Positions 47,332 to 57,890 are shown, counted from the stretch's first letter. The stretch: 64,000 nucleotides of DNA from Bacteroidales bacterium (GCA_017546585.1 JAFYWC010000098.1:360-64359); one strand, 5' to 3'. Notes: generated from the sequence alone by a model not told the origin. Program-made: numbers and translations.

Positions 47332-48687
47332 TGTGTCTTTTCTGAGATTTTCTATGTAGCGGGAGATCTTGTGTATCTCCTGTGGAATGTTGATACTCTG
47401 CGGACAGTGTGACGTGCAGGTGTTGCAACCGATGCAACGGTCGGCCTGACGCAGTTTCGGAACAGCCCTGTCGTAGCTTACAAGGTAAGCGCGACGGGCT
47501 TTTTTGTAGTTCTCGTCCTCCGTTCCTGTCGCTACTTCTCCGGCGTTCACGCACTTGTTGTAGTGAAGCAGAATAGCTGGAATATCGATGCCGTAAGGAC
47601 AAGGCATACAGTACTTACAGTCGTTGCAAGGGATTGTAGGATACTTCTGCATAAGAACCGCTGTCTCCTCGAGGAAAGCCAGATCTTTCTCGTCAAGCAC
47701 GTCGAGAGGGGAGTATGTCTTCACGTTGTCCTGAAGATGCTCCATATAGGTCATACCGCTGAGTACGCAGAGCACTCCTTCCGGCGAGCCGGCGAAGCGG
47801 AACGCCCAGGATGCGACGCTGCCTTCAGGGTTGCGCTCCTTGAGACGGTCTGCGATATGCTGAGGAACCTTTGAGAGTCTTCCTCCGAGGAGTGGCTCCA
47901 TAATGATTGACGGGATGCCCCTCTTGTCGAGTTCCTGCTGGAGGTATTCAGCGTTTGTGTTTCTGCCTCCTGCGTGTTTCCAGTCCATATAGTTGAGCTG
48001 GATCTGTACAAAGTCCCAGTGGTATTTCTCGTGTGTGGCCATCAGTTCGTCCCAGCCTTCCGGACTTCCGTGGAACGAGAATCCGAGGTTGCGGATGCGT
48101 CCGGCCTTGCGCTCTTCGAGGAGGAAGTCGATGATGCCGTTATCCACATATCTGCTTTGGAATGCATCCATTCCGCTGATGCTGTGGAGGAGGTAGTAGT
48201 CGATATAGTCTGTCTGGAGATTCTCGAATGACTTTCTGTACATCTCCAATGAGTTCTCGCGGCTGTAGTTGCTGAAGTTGGACAGCTTTGTGGCGATGAA
48301 ATAGCTTTCGCGAGGATGACGCTTCAGGGCGATGCCTGTCGCTTTCTCGCTCTGGCCCTGGAGATACACAGGAGCCGTGTCGAAATAGTTCACTCCGTGC
48401 TCGATAGCATAGTCCACGAGTCTGTTTGTGGTCTCCTGATCTACGATGTCCTTGCCGTTTTCATCCTTTATCATCGGCCATCTCATACATCCGTATCCGA
48501 GGATGCTGACGTGGTCGCCGTTCTTGTGGTTGATTCGGTATGTCATTCCTTCATTTCCGGCTTCGGTTGTGGCGCTTGCGCCTTTTCCAGCCTGGCCTGT
48601 AGTCTGGCCGCAACCTGCCAGTCCCACAGCAGCCGCAGCCACACCTGCAGTCTTGAAGAACTCTCTTCTGTCGATATTGTGTTTCAT
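47326..48687 (-). CDS. Aldo/keto reductase with C-terminal 4Fe-4S clusters (Tat-like lipoprotein signal)
   Basis: RREFFK...LAGC; LGYGCMR and NYFDTAPVY; CNDCKYCMPCP and CIGCNTCTSHCP. Confidence 0.93.
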   Translation of the reverse strand: MKHNIDRREFFKTAGVAAAAVGLAGCGQTTGQAGKGASATTEAGNEGMTYRINHKNGDHVSILGYGCMRWPMIKDENGKDIVDQETTNRLVDYAIEHGVNYFDTAPVYLQGQSEKATGIALKRHPRESYFIATKLSNFSNYSRENSLEMYRKSFENLQTDYIDYYLLHSISGMDAFQSRYVDNGIIDFLLEERKAGRIRNLGFSFHGSPEGWDELMATHEKYHWDFVQIQLNYMDWKHAGGRNTNAEYLQQELDKRGIPSIIMEPLLGGRLSKVPQHIADRLKERNPEGSVASWAFRFAGSPEGVLCVLSGMTYMEHLQDNVKTYSPLDVLDEKDLAFLEETAVLMQKYPTIPCNDCKYCMPCPYGIDIPAILLHYNKCVNAGEVATGTEDENYKKARRAYLVSYDRAVPKLRQADRCIGCNTCTSHCPQSINIPQEIHKISRYIENLRKDTL

Positions 48688-48698
48688 AGTCTTAGTCT

Positions 48699-50204
48699 CT
48701 AAATGTATTTGTGAACTTCGTGACCTTCAACGTGGATCGCTGTGAACGGTCTTGCAGGACACAGGTTCTCGCAGGCTCCACATCCGATACACTTCTCCTC
48801 GTTTACTGTAGGAATCATCAGTGACTCCTTGTTGTCAGGATCCTTTCTCACCATTCGGATCGCTCCCACAGGGCAGTGGCGTGCGCAGTTGCCGCACTTC
48901 ACCTCATCTGTGTTCACCACGCAGTTTGCGAGATTTACAACAGCGTGACCGATCTGGATCGATGATTTCTCCTCACGTGTGATAGGGCGGATTGCTCCAG
49001 CCGGACATACGTCGGAACACTTGGTACACTCCGGACGGCAATAGCCTCTTTCGTAAGACATCTCCGGCTGCATCAGAGTCATTAGTGAAGTCGATGGCCT
49101 GAGCACCTGGTTAGGACATACGCTCACGCAAAGCTGGCAGGCTGTACAGTGGTCGCTGAAGTTCTTCACACTCAGCGAGCCGGCTGGCACGAGCGGTGTC
49201 TGCCTTTCAGGCTTCTCCGCACGCGCAATCGCCGCCAGACCTCCATCGACCTTCATTTCCTGAGCCTTGACTGTGGCTGCAGTTCCTACGATTGCGCTTG
49301 ATACGATGAACGCTCTGCGGCCCTTGTCCACATTCTCTTCCTTCTTGATATCTTCACACTTTGAAGTACACTTCTTTCCGTATCTTCTGGTATAGCTGAT
49401 TGCTCCTTCCTTGCAGGTGTCGATGCAATCCATACAAGCTACGCAGCGGCTAAGGTCGATCTCGTGCTCCTTCATATTGATGCACGCAGCCTTGCACTGC
49501 TTTCCGCAGAGTCCGCAGTTGCGGCACTTCTCGGTGTTGATCACCGGTGCGAAAAGGCTGAACTTCGCGAAGAATCCGAGCACTGTGCCCACAGGGCAGA
49601 TGGTGTTGCACCAGGTTCTTCCGTTCTTCCAGGCGAGGAAACCTACAACCACCAGAGTTGCAGCCGCCACAGCGAATGTCGCGGTAGACTTGATCCATAC
49701 CTCCACGCTATAGAATGCATAGCTTCCTGCTCTCTCCGCAATCCAAGCGAAGAAGTTGTTGCCCCACTGGTAGATAGGAGCAAGGAGGTTAGAGGCGATG
49801 CGACCATATGCGCTGTAAGGCGCCACGAGTACTGCGACCGAATGTGCTCCGAAGGCAAATGTTATTATAAATGCGATGAGCACTGCGTATCTGAGCCATT
49901 TCTTGGCAGGGGAGTAACTGAATCTGAAACGATTCTTCTTCTTGGTCTTTCCGTGGATCCACGAGATGATGTCCTGCATCACGCCCAACGGGCAGATTAC
50001 CGAACAATAGACTCTGCCGAACAGCAAAGTCAGAATCAGGAGTGCAGCAACCACTCCGAAGTTCAACGCCAGCACGGCAGGAAGGAACTGAACCTTGGCC
50101 ATCCATCCCAGCCACGCGTGAAGCGTACCTGTGAAATCAAGAAACAGCAGCGTGATTCCTACAAAGAACACCGCCGCCAACACAACTCTGATTTTTCGTA
50201 GCAT
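48699..50204 (-). CDS. Membrane-bound 4Fe-4S dicluster protein (NapH/ferredoxin-like)
   Basis: TM helices, YCSVICPLG, WCNTICPVG and multiple CxxCxxCxxxCP motifs. Confidence 0.9.
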   Translation of the reverse strand: MLRKIRVVLAAVFFVGITLLFLDFTGTLHAWLGWMAKVQFLPAVLALNFGVVAALLILTLLFGRVYCSVICPLGVMQDIISWIHGKTKKKNRFRFSYSPAKKWLRYAVLIAFIITFAFGAHSVAVLVAPYSAYGRIASNLLAPIYQWGNNFFAWIAERAGSYAFYSVEVWIKSTATFAVAAATLVVVGFLAWKNGRTWCNTICPVGTVLGFFAKFSLFAPVINTEKCRNCGLCGKQCKAACINMKEHEIDLSRCVACMDCIDTCKEGAISYTRRYGKKCTSKCEDIKKEENVDKGRRAFIVSSAIVGTAATVKAQEMKVDGGLAAIARAEKPERQTPLVPAGSLSVKNFSDHCTACQLCVSVCPNQVLRPSTSLMTLMQPEMSYERGYCRPECTKCSDVCPAGAIRPITREEKSSIQIGHAVVNLANCVVNTDEVKCGNCARHCPVGAIRMVRKDPDNKESLMIPTVNEEKCIGCGACENLCPARPFTAIHVEGHEVHKYI

Positions 50205-50224
50205 ATAGTTTAGTTTTAATGTCT

Positions 50225-50332
50225 GTTGGATATATTATACCTCAAAACCCTGGCCGCCCGTGGCCCGGTGAACGGGAGGGGCCCGCCGCGTAGCGGTGGG
50301 AGGGATTTAGTTTTGAGGTGTAATATACCAAC
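50225..50332. repeat. Long inverted repeat with a GC-rich core in the leader of the 4Fe-4S/AKR operon
   Basis: GTTGGATATATTATACCTCAAAAC (50225-50248) / GTTTTGAGGTGTAATATACCAAC (50310-50332); a minus-strand TATATTTG promoter lies at 50332-50339. Confidence 0.75.
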
Positions 50333-50415
50333 AAATATATTAAAAAAATACAGATTTAGATATTGTTGTCTATGTACAAAAAAAGACTAACCTTGCGGCT
50401 AGTCTTTATATACAT

Positions 50416-51141
50416 TTAATTGAGGATTGCACAATCGAAGTATTCGTTGAACAGTTCCATCGCCCTATCAAGCTGCTCCGGAGTATTGGTCTTCGTATCC
50501 TTCAACTGATACTCCTGCCCCATAGTCTCATACTTGTGGATTCCCAAAGTGTGATATGGGAGAATCTCCACCCTCTGAAGCATCTTGTATCCCTTGAAAT
50601 GCTCTCCAAGCGCCCTGATGTCCTCCTCGAAATCGCTGATTCCCGGCACAAGCACATATCTCAACCAGAACGGCTTCTCATTCTCCTCCAGCCACTGCGC
50701 AGTATTGATGGTCTGCTCGTTGCTGCGGCCTGTCAGATCCTTATGCCTTGCATCATTGAACTGCTTACAGTCCAACATCACGAGGTCTGTCTGTCTGAGC
50801 AACTCCTCGATGTCGCTGTTCCAGGCACCTCCGTTAGTGTCGAGGCAGATGTGGATGCCCTCCTCCTTGAGTCTTGCGTAAAGCGGCAGCAACTCCTTCG
50901 CCTGCATAGTCGGCTCACCTCCGGAGAAAGTGATGCCTCCTCTTCTTCCGAAGAACGGCTTCTGGCTCACCGCCATCCTTACAATATCCTCGATGTCTGT
51001 CATTGTACCTCCCTCAAACGGAATTGTGTCCGGATTGGCGCAGTACAGACATTTGAAAGGACAACCCTGAAGAAATACGACGAGCCTGAGTCCTGGCCCG
51101 TCGTATGTTCCCATAGATTCGTAAGAATGAACCCTTATCAT
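50416..51141 (-). CDS. pflA: Pyruvate formate-lyase activating enzyme (radical SAM)
   Basis: DGPGLR...GCPFKCLYCANPD (CxxxCxxC); adjacent to pflB. Confidence 0.97.
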   Translation of the reverse strand: MIRVHSYESMGTYDGPGLRLVVFLQGCPFKCLYCANPDTIPFEGGTMTDIEDIVRMAVSQKPFFGRRGGITFSGGEPTMQAKELLPLYARLKEEGIHICLDTNGGAWNSDIEELLRQTDLVMLDCKQFNDARHKDLTGRSNEQTINTAQWLEENEKPFWLRYVLVPGISDFEEDIRALGEHFKGYKMLQRVEILPYHTLGIHKYETMGQEYQLKDTKTNTPEQLDRAMELFNEYFDCAILN

Positions 51142-53366
51142 TATCGGATTGATTCGTGGAATGTTCTTGAAATAACCTCAAGCTGGTGCTCGCGGCTGAG
51201 TCTGATGAAGTTTACAGCGTAACCTGAAACGCGGATTGTGAGCTGTGGATACTTCTCAGGGTGCTCCATTGCATCCTCGAGCATCTCCTTGTTGAGAACG
51301 TTCACGTTGAGGTGGTGTGCACCCTTAGTGAAGTAACCGTCCATCATAGTGATGAGGTTGTCGATCTTGTCCTCGTAAGTCGGGCCGAGTGACTTAGGCA
51401 CGATTGAGAATGTATTCGAGATACCGTCCTTTGAATCGTGGTAGTCGAGCTTTGCAACTGATGAGAGTGATGCGATAGCTCCGTGAGTGTCACGGCCGTG
51501 CATTGGGTTTGCACCTGGTGCGAAAGCTACGCCCTTCTCTCTACCGTCTGGAGTAGCACCTGTCTTCTTACCGTACATTACGTTTGAAGTAATAGTAAGG
51601 AGTGAGAGGGTAGGCATTGCATCCTTGTATACCTTGCGTGCGCAGAGCTCAGTGTTGAAGAACTGAACGATGTCGCGTGCGAGTACGTCTACGTTGTCGT
51701 CGTCGTTACCGAACATTGGGAATGCACCCTCGATATCGAAGCCCTCAGTGAGACCCTCAGCGTTGCGGCGTGCAGTTACCTTTGCGTGCTTGATAGCTGA
51801 GAGTGAGTCAGCTACGATTGAAAGACCAGCTACACCGTATGCGAGGTTGATGGTAGGGTTTGTATCGATGAACGCCATCTGAGATCTCTCATAGTCATAC
51901 TTGTCGTGCATAAAGTGGATGATGTTCATCGTGTCGTTGTAAACGCGAGCCACCTCGTGGAGTACCTTCTTGTAGTTCTCCATTACCTCGTCGAAGTCGA
52001 GAACGTCGCTAGTGAGAGGCTTGATACCCTCAACCATAAGTGTACCTGTGTTCTCGCAACGTCCTGCGTTGAGGGCGAGGAGGAGAGCCTTGGCGAGGTT
52101 AGCACGTGCTCCGAAGAACTGGATTGACTTACCGATTGCCTGGTATGATACGCAGCAAGCGATACCGTAGTCGTCGCAGCCTCTTACCTTACGCATAAGT
52201 GAGTCGTTCTCGTACTGAACTGAGCTTGTGTCGATAGAAACCTTAGCGCAGAACTCCTTGAAGCCTACTGGAAGCTCCGGATGCCAGAGAACTGTCATAT
52301 TTGGCTCTGGTGCCGGTCCGAGGTTGTAAAGAGTCTGGAGGAAACGGAATGAAGTCTTTGTCACCTTGCTCTTTCCACCTGTGAAACGGCCTCCGATTGC
52401 CTCAGTGATCCAAGTAGGGTCACCGGCGAAGAGCTCGTTGTAAGCGTTCATACGGAGGTGACGAACCATTCTGAGCTTCATTACGAACTGGTCGATGAGC
52501 TCCTGAGCGTATGTCTCGTCGATGATATTGTGATCGAGGTCGTACTGGATGAAGATATCGAGGAATGATGATACGTTACCGAGTGACATAGCTGCACCGT
52601 CCTGCTCCTTTACAGCAGCGAGGTAAGCCATATAAAGCCACTGAACTGCCTCCTGAGCGTTTGTTGCAGGTCTGCCGAGGTCGAGACCGTAGTAAGTACC
52701 CATCTCCTTGATCTGGTGGAGAGCCTTGATCTGCTCAGCAACCTCCTCGCGGAGAGTGATGCGTGAACGGGTCATAGTACCTGTGAGGTTCTTGAGATCC
52801 TCCTTCTTCGCCTCGATGAGTCTGTCGATACCGTAGAGAGCAAGTCTTCTGTAGTCACCGATGATACGGCCACGTGCGTAGTTGTCAGGAAGACCTGTAA
52901 GGAAGCCGAGTGAACGATACTTGCGGATCTCCTCGGTGTAAACATCGAACACACCGTCGTTGTGTGTCTTTCTATAGTGAGTGAAGATTTCAACTACCTT
53001 TGGATCAAGCTCGATGCCGTTCTCCTGGCAAGCCTTCTTAACTACCTGAAGACCACCGAAAGGCTTGATTGCTCTTCTGAGAAGCTCGTCTGTCTGAAGA
53101 CCTACGATGATTTCGTTTTCTCTGTCGATGTAACCAGCTGCGTGTGAAGTGATGGTAGAAATAGTCTGTGCGTCGATAGAACGTACACCGCCGTTTGCTC
53201 TCTCTTCTGCAAGAGCCTCACAGCACTTCTCCCAAAGCTTCTTGGTACGCTCTGTAGGTCCCTGAAGGAACGATGCGTCACCTTCATAAGGAGTGATGTT
53301 GTTGTAGACGAAGTCTGCAACGTCAATTCTACGGCTCCATCTGCCGTCATTGAATTTCTTTGTCAT
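51141..53366 (-). CDS. pflB: Pyruvate formate-lyase
   Basis: IACCVS catalytic cysteines and the TIRVSGYAV glycyl-radical motif; promoter TACCTTTG at 53393-53400 (minus). Confidence 0.98.
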   Translation of the reverse strand: MTKKFNDGRWSRRIDVADFVYNNITPYEGDASFLQGPTERTKKLWEKCCEALAEERANGGVRSIDAQTISTITSHAAGYIDRENEIIVGLQTDELLRRAIKPFGGLQVVKKACQENGIELDPKVVEIFTHYRKTHNDGVFDVYTEEIRKYRSLGFLTGLPDNYARGRIIGDYRRLALYGIDRLIEAKKEDLKNLTGTMTRSRITLREEVAEQIKALHQIKEMGTYYGLDLGRPATNAQEAVQWLYMAYLAAVKEQDGAAMSLGNVSSFLDIFIQYDLDHNIIDETYAQELIDQFVMKLRMVRHLRMNAYNELFAGDPTWITEAIGGRFTGGKSKVTKTSFRFLQTLYNLGPAPEPNMTVLWHPELPVGFKEFCAKVSIDTSSVQYENDSLMRKVRGCDDYGIACCVSYQAIGKSIQFFGARANLAKALLLALNAGRCENTGTLMVEGIKPLTSDVLDFDEVMENYKKVLHEVARVYNDTMNIIHFMHDKYDYERSQMAFIDTNPTINLAYGVAGLSIVADSLSAIKHAKVTARRNAEGLTEGFDIEGAFPMFGNDDDNVDVLARDIVQFFNTELCARKVYKDAMPTLSLLTITSNVMYGKKTGATPDGREKGVAFAPGANPMHGRDTHGAIASLSSVAKLDYHDSKDGISNTFSIVPKSLGPTYEDKIDNLITMMDGYFTKGAHHLNVNVLNKEMLEDAMEHPEKYPQLTIRVSGYAVNFIRLSREHQLEVISRTFHESIR

Positions 53367-53513
53367 AAAATATACCTCTAAATTTGCGGGCGCAAAGGTA
53401 AGTTAAATTTCGTAGAAATCAATCACCCAAACCAAGGTATTACGACGAAATGCAGAAAAAGATGTATGAAAGCGGCCGGATGACCGCTTTCGTGCACATT
53501 CCTGAAGAGGAGA

Positions 53514-53867
53514 TTATATCTCCTCGGCTTCTTCGTTCAGAATTCTGAGCTTGTTTGCAAGCACTTCATAGAAGAATTTTTCGGTTCCGTCTGCGGCTGT
53601 ATACTTGCTGCTTCTCAGCCTTCCGACCACGTTCACCGGAGTGCCTTTGCTGATAAGGTGGACATTGGGTGTTTCCTTGCCTTCCCAGACTACGATATTG
53701 TGCCAGGTGGTCTCTGAAACCGCACCTCCGTCACGTGTCTTGTAGAGGATGTCGGTCGCGAGCGAAAAGTTCGCCACCCTGCTTCCGTTATGCTCGTTGG
53801 TGCGCACCATTCCGACGCGTCCCTGGAGCTCGATCCTGTTGATGTGTTCCATAAGATTTTCTCTCAT
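53514..53867 (-). CDS. ssb: Single-stranded DNA-binding protein (short, no acidic tail)
   Basis: INRIELQGRVG...FSLAT...TTWHNIVVW...KGTPVNVVGRLRSSKY OB-fold pattern. Confidence 0.9.
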   Translation of the reverse strand: MRENLMEHINRIELQGRVGMVRTNEHNGSRVANFSLATDILYKTRDGGAVSETTWHNIVVWEGKETPNVHLISKGTPVNVVGRLRSSKYTAADGTEKFFYEVLANKLRILNEEAEEI

Positions 53868-54166
53868 TTTAAGTTAAACTTCATCTTCCCCACATCTTAT
53901 GCGCGCTTAGTAGGTTGAGGGCAAAGTAAATGAAAAGATTTTAAAGAAAAACCGCATCTGAACGCTTTCCAGTGCAATATTTTTCTCTTTTTTAAAATTA
54001 TTTCCGAATCTTTAAATCTTAAGATTTTTCTTTAACAGTTAAAGATTTTTTTTAATGTCCCGGGATTTTAAAAAAGAGAAAAACTTTGTTAAAGAAACAG
54101 AAAAATCTGCTTCCGGCTATTGCTGTTTTTCCCGCCAGGATTCATCTTTGAACAAAATTTGTGAAG

Positions 54167-54580
54167 ATGGGATACGTGAAGAAAATGGGGAGGCAGATTC
54201 CGAAATGCCTCCATTGCGGGGAGCAGATAAAATATGGCAGGACCGACAAGCGTTACTGCTGCGACGAGTGCCGGAACAGCCACTACAACGCCCAGGCGAA
54301 GGCCGGGCGTTCGTTCCGGCGCCGCGTGCTGTCGCAGCTTTCATCCAACTATGATCTGCTGGACAGACTTGTCAAGGCGGGAATCGATTCTCTGGACCTG
54401 ATGGATGCGGTTACGATGGGGTTTGTGCCGGGTGTGGTGACCTCGTACAGGAGGGCCGGAAAGCACGACGAATACGGTTGTTTCGATATAAAGTATTATA
54501 TGACAAGAACTAGACTCTTTGCAATATCAAAAATACAAAATGTTTCCTTACCTTTGCAGCCCGATAAACAAAGGCAATAA
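54167..54580 (+). CDS. Zn-ribbon protein (DUF2116-like)
   Basis: CLHCG...GRTDKRYCCDECRNSHYN motif. Confidence 0.7.
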   Translation: MGYVKKMGRQIPKCLHCGEQIKYGRTDKRYCCDECRNSHYNAQAKAGRSFRRRVLSQLSSNYDLLDRLVKAGIDSLDLMDAVTMGFVPGVVTSYRRAGKHDEYGCFDIKYYMTRTRLFAISKIQNVSLPLQPDKQRQ

Positions 54581-54596
54581 CATACAATTATAATAT

Positions 54597-56687
54597 ATGA
54601 AAAGGAAACTTCTTATCGCAGGCCTTGTGCTTGCAGTCATCAGCAGTTGCAAAATGGAAAATCCACTTTTGACGGAGTCAACCGCACCGTTCGGAGCTCC
54701 ACAGTTCGACAAGATCAAGAACGAGCACTATCTTCCTGCATTCGAGCAGGGTATTGCAGAGGCAAAGGCAGAGATCGATGCCATCGTTGCAAATGAAGCA
54801 GAGCCTACATTCGAGAATACAATCGAGGCTATGGAGTATGCAGGCCAGACTTTGAACAAGGTTGCCAGCATCTTCTACGCTGTGATGGAGGCTCATACTA
54901 ACGAGACTATGCAGGAGATCGCAGAGCAGATTTCACCTATGCTCACAGAGTACTCTATGTATGTGTCACTCAACACCGACCTTTTCCAGAGAGTGAAGGC
55001 TGTTTACGAGATGAAGGATGAGCTCGGTCTCGACAAGGACCAGATGACTCTCCTTGAGGACAACTACAAGGGATTCGTTCGTGGTGGTGCAAACCTTTCT
55101 GATGAGGACAAGGCTGTGTACAGCAAACTCTCAGAGGAACTCTCGCTCACTACTCTCCAGTTCAGCAAGAACGTTCTCGCAGCTACAAACGCGTACACTC
55201 TCCACATCGCTGATTCAGCTGACCTCGCAGGTCTTCCTGAGTATGTGAAGACTATGGGTGCCGAGACTGCAAAGGAGAAGGGCCTCGAGGGATGGGCATA
55301 CACTCTTGACTATCCAAGCTATGGACCGTTCCTCAAGTACAGCACTAACCGTGAGCTTCGCGAGCAGCTCTGGATGGCTTACAACACAAGAGCAATCGGC
55401 GGCGAGAATGACAACACTGAGATCGTCAAGAAGATCGTTGATCTCAGAATCAAGATTGCGAACATCCTCGGTTACGAGACTTACGCAGACTACGCTCTCG
55501 AGAACAGAATGGCTAAGGACAAGAAGACTGTAGATGAGTTCATTATGCAGCTTCTCGAGCCTTCTATGCCATACGCAAAGAAAGACGTTGCTGACGTATA
55601 TGCATACGCTAAGAAGAACGGTTTCGAGGACAGCAAGCTTATGCCTTGGGACTTCTCATACTGGTCAGAGAGATATCAGGAGGCAGAGTACTCGCTCAGC
55701 GCTGAGGAGCTCAAGCCTTACTTCCAGATCGAGAGCTGCATCGACGCAGTGTTCGGTCTCGCAACACGTCTCTATGGCATCACATTCGAGGAACTCAACA
55801 ATGTTCCTGTATATCACGAGGATGTGAAGGTATATGAGGTCAAGGACGTTGACGGAAGCCACCTCGCACTCTTCTATGCTGACTTCTTCCCACGCGCAAG
55901 CAAGAGAGGCGGCGCCTGGATGACTGACTTCCGTGGTCAGAGCGTAAGAAACGGTGTAGAGTACAGACCGTTCGTCACAATCGTATGCAACTTCACAAAG
56001 CCTACAGCTGACGCTCCGGCTCTCATCACTCACGATGAGCTCACTACATTCCTCCACGAGTTCGGTCACGCACTCCACGGAATCTTCGCAAAGGGACGTT
56101 ACCCGTCACTCACTGGTACAAGCGTATCTCGTGACTTCGTAGAGCTCCCTTCACAGATTATGGAGAACTGGGCCTTCGAGCCAGAGTACCTCAACTCATT
56201 CGCTAAGCACTACCAGACAGGTGAGCCTATCCCTGCTGAACTCATCGAGAAGATCGTTGCTGCAAAGAACTACCTCGCTGCTTACGGCCAGGTTCGCCAG
56301 CTTCACTTCGGTTACCTTGATATGGCTTGGCATTCACTCACAGAGGTCCCTGCAATCGGCACTGTAGAGTTCGAGCAGAACGTACTCGCTCCATATTCAG
56401 TTATGCCTGCTGCAGAGGGTGCTGCATTCTCATCATCATTCTCGCACATCTTCTCAGGCGGATACTCTGCAGGTTACTACTCATACAAGTGGGCAGAGGT
56501 TCTCGAGGCAGACGCATTCTCACTCTTCAAGGAGAAGGGCATCTTCAACCAGGAGGTTGCAGAGTCATTCCGCAGAAACATCCTTGAGATGGGTGGTGCA
56601 GAGGATGAGGCTGTGATCTATCGCAACTTCCGCGGCCACGATCCTCAGCCAGAGGCCCTTATGAAGAAACTCGGTCTTACAAAGTAA
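54597..56687 (+). CDS. dcp: M3-family metallopeptidase (peptidyl-dipeptidase Dcp), lipoprotein
   Basis: Lipobox ISSC; HEFGH, DFVELPSQ and GYSAGYYSYKW motifs; promoter TACCTTTG at 54549-54556. Confidence 0.95.
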   Translation: MKRKLLIAGLVLAVISSCKMENPLLTESTAPFGAPQFDKIKNEHYLPAFEQGIAEAKAEIDAIVANEAEPTFENTIEAMEYAGQTLNKVASIFYAVMEAHTNETMQEIAEQISPMLTEYSMYVSLNTDLFQRVKAVYEMKDELGLDKDQMTLLEDNYKGFVRGGANLSDEDKAVYSKLSEELSLTTLQFSKNVLAATNAYTLHIADSADLAGLPEYVKTMGAETAKEKGLEGWAYTLDYPSYGPFLKYSTNRELREQLWMAYNTRAIGGENDNTEIVKKIVDLRIKIANILGYETYADYALENRMAKDKKTVDEFIMQLLEPSMPYAKKDVADVYAYAKKNGFEDSKLMPWDFSYWSERYQEAEYSLSAEELKPYFQIESCIDAVFGLATRLYGITFEELNNVPVYHEDVKVYEVKDVDGSHLALFYADFFPRASKRGGAWMTDFRGQSVRNGVEYRPFVTIVCNFTKPTADAPALITHDELTTFLHEFGHALHGIFAKGRYPSLTGTSVSRDFVELPSQIMENWAFEPEYLNSFAKHYQTGEPIPAELIEKIVAAKNYLAAYGQVRQLHFGYLDMAWHSLTEVPAIGTVEFEQNVLAPYSVMPAAEGAAFSSSFSHIFSGGYSAGYYSYKWAEVLEADAFSLFKEKGIFNQEVAESFRRNILEMGGAEDEAVIYRNFRGHDPQPEALMKKLGLTK

Positions 56688-56692
56688 TATTG

Positions 56693-56724
56693 AAGACTCT
56701 TCGGTCCTCCGGAGAGTCTTTTTT
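56693..56724 (+). terminator. Intrinsic terminator of dcp
   Basis: AAGACTCTTCGG-TCCT-CCGGAGAGTCTT followed by TTTT. Confidence 0.8.
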
Positions 56725-56825
56725 GTAAACATCAAGCACGGAAACATATCAAAAGCGTGGCAGATCCGACCATTTAGGTGGGTATCTGCCACGCTTTCCC
56801 TATATATCCGTGCTCAACCTCCGCA
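56723..56825. repeat. REP-like element, left flank of the RAYT gene (103 bp)
   Basis: Differs from 57788-57890 at 5 of 103 positions; contains a 14-bp perfect stem with a conserved inner mismatch. Confidence 0.95.
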
Positions 56826-56932
56826 GTTAAAGAAAAAGAAATAATTTAAAGAAACAGAAAAACCTTTCTGCACCCTATTGCATTCATCCTTAGATGTTTC
56901 CAACTTTGAGACAGGTAAAAACAATTTAAGTT

Positions 56933-57793
56933 ATGAAACAGTACTATCACGTGAGCAGTAAGGCGTTGGAGAAGAATAATATTTTCCATTCGCGAGAGGA
57001 TTTTGTGACGGCGATGAACGATGTGGCGATATGTGTGTTGAGGTACGATGTGGTGATATTGTGCTTTTGCCTGATGAGTAATCACTTTCACTTTGTCCTC
57101 AAAGGGTCATATCAAGAGTGCTATGCCTTTATGAATGAGTTCAAGCGCATCTGTGCAATCCGTATGCGGGACAGGTGTGGGGAGGTCAATGGACTTAAAG
57201 ATGTTGATCTACGCTTTGATCTCCTGGATTCGCAGGAGTATCTGGAGAATGCGATTGCTTATGTCCTTCGCAACCCTCTTGCAGCGCGCATCATTATGAT
57301 GCCATATTTCTATGAGTGGTCGTCAGCTCTTGCATATTTTCGTGGGAAAGGAGAACTGCAAGGGATCCCCCTGAATAGCCTCAGTATCAGAAAACGCAGG
57401 GAAATACTTCGCACTCGTCACGATGTGGTCCCTGATAAATATGTGCTTTGTAACGGTGGCTTTGTGCACCCCGCAAGTTACATTGCCAGTGAAGAAGTCG
57501 AAAGCATTTTCAGACATCCCTCAAGGCTGATGATGGCGCTTGCGAAGAAAGTTGAAAATGAATTCGAAGTGGCGTCCGGAGCCGCTAATCAGATAGTGAT
57601 GCTTGACCCGGAGTTAAAGACTCACATCCTGGAACTGATACGTAATGAATTCGGGGTTGACTCACTCTCCCAGTTGTCTGCTGATGACAGATTGCGACTG
57701 TGCCTTTTGGTGCGACGTAACTTCAACGCGTCTGTGAAACAGATTTCCCGTGTTCTGAGACTCAGCCAGTCATTGGTGGCGTCAGTCTTGTAA
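56933..57793 (+). CDS. REP-associated tyrosine transposase (HUH Y1, TnpA-REP/RAYT) with a C-terminal HTH-like extension
   Basis: YYHV...FCLMSNHFH (HUH), AYVLRNP (catalytic Tyr) and YEWSS; flanked by palindromic repeats. Confidence 0.9.
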   Translation: MKQYYHVSSKALEKNNIFHSREDFVTAMNDVAICVLRYDVVILCFCLMSNHFHFVLKGSYQECYAFMNEFKRICAIRMRDRCGEVNGLKDVDLRFDLLDSQEYLENAIAYVLRNPLAARIIMMPYFYEWSSALAYFRGKGELQGIPLNSLSIRKRREILRTRHDVVPDKYVLCNGGFVHPASYIASEEVESIFRHPSRLMMALAKKVENEFEVASGAANQIVMLDPELKTHILELIRNEFGVDSLSQLSADDRLRLCLLVRRNFNASVKQISRVLRLSQSLVASVL

Positions 57794-57890
57794 ACATCAA
57801 GCACGAAAACATAACGAAAGCGTGGCAGATCCGACCATTTTGGTGGGTATCTGCCACGCTTTTCCTATATATCCGTGCTCAACCTCCGCA
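57788..57890. repeat. REP-like element, right flank of the RAYT gene (103 bp, direct orientation)
   Basis: See the left copy; the transposase stop codon lies inside this repeat. Confidence 0.95.

Noticed and set aside
47326-50204. Tat-like signals in the AKR and within the 4Fe-4S protein
   Set aside because: This gene pair and architecture are common in Bacteroidales, so they are not novel.
50225-50332. GTTTTGAG resembling a type II CRISPR repeat start
   Set aside because: There are only two inverted copies, with no spacer array and no cas genes.
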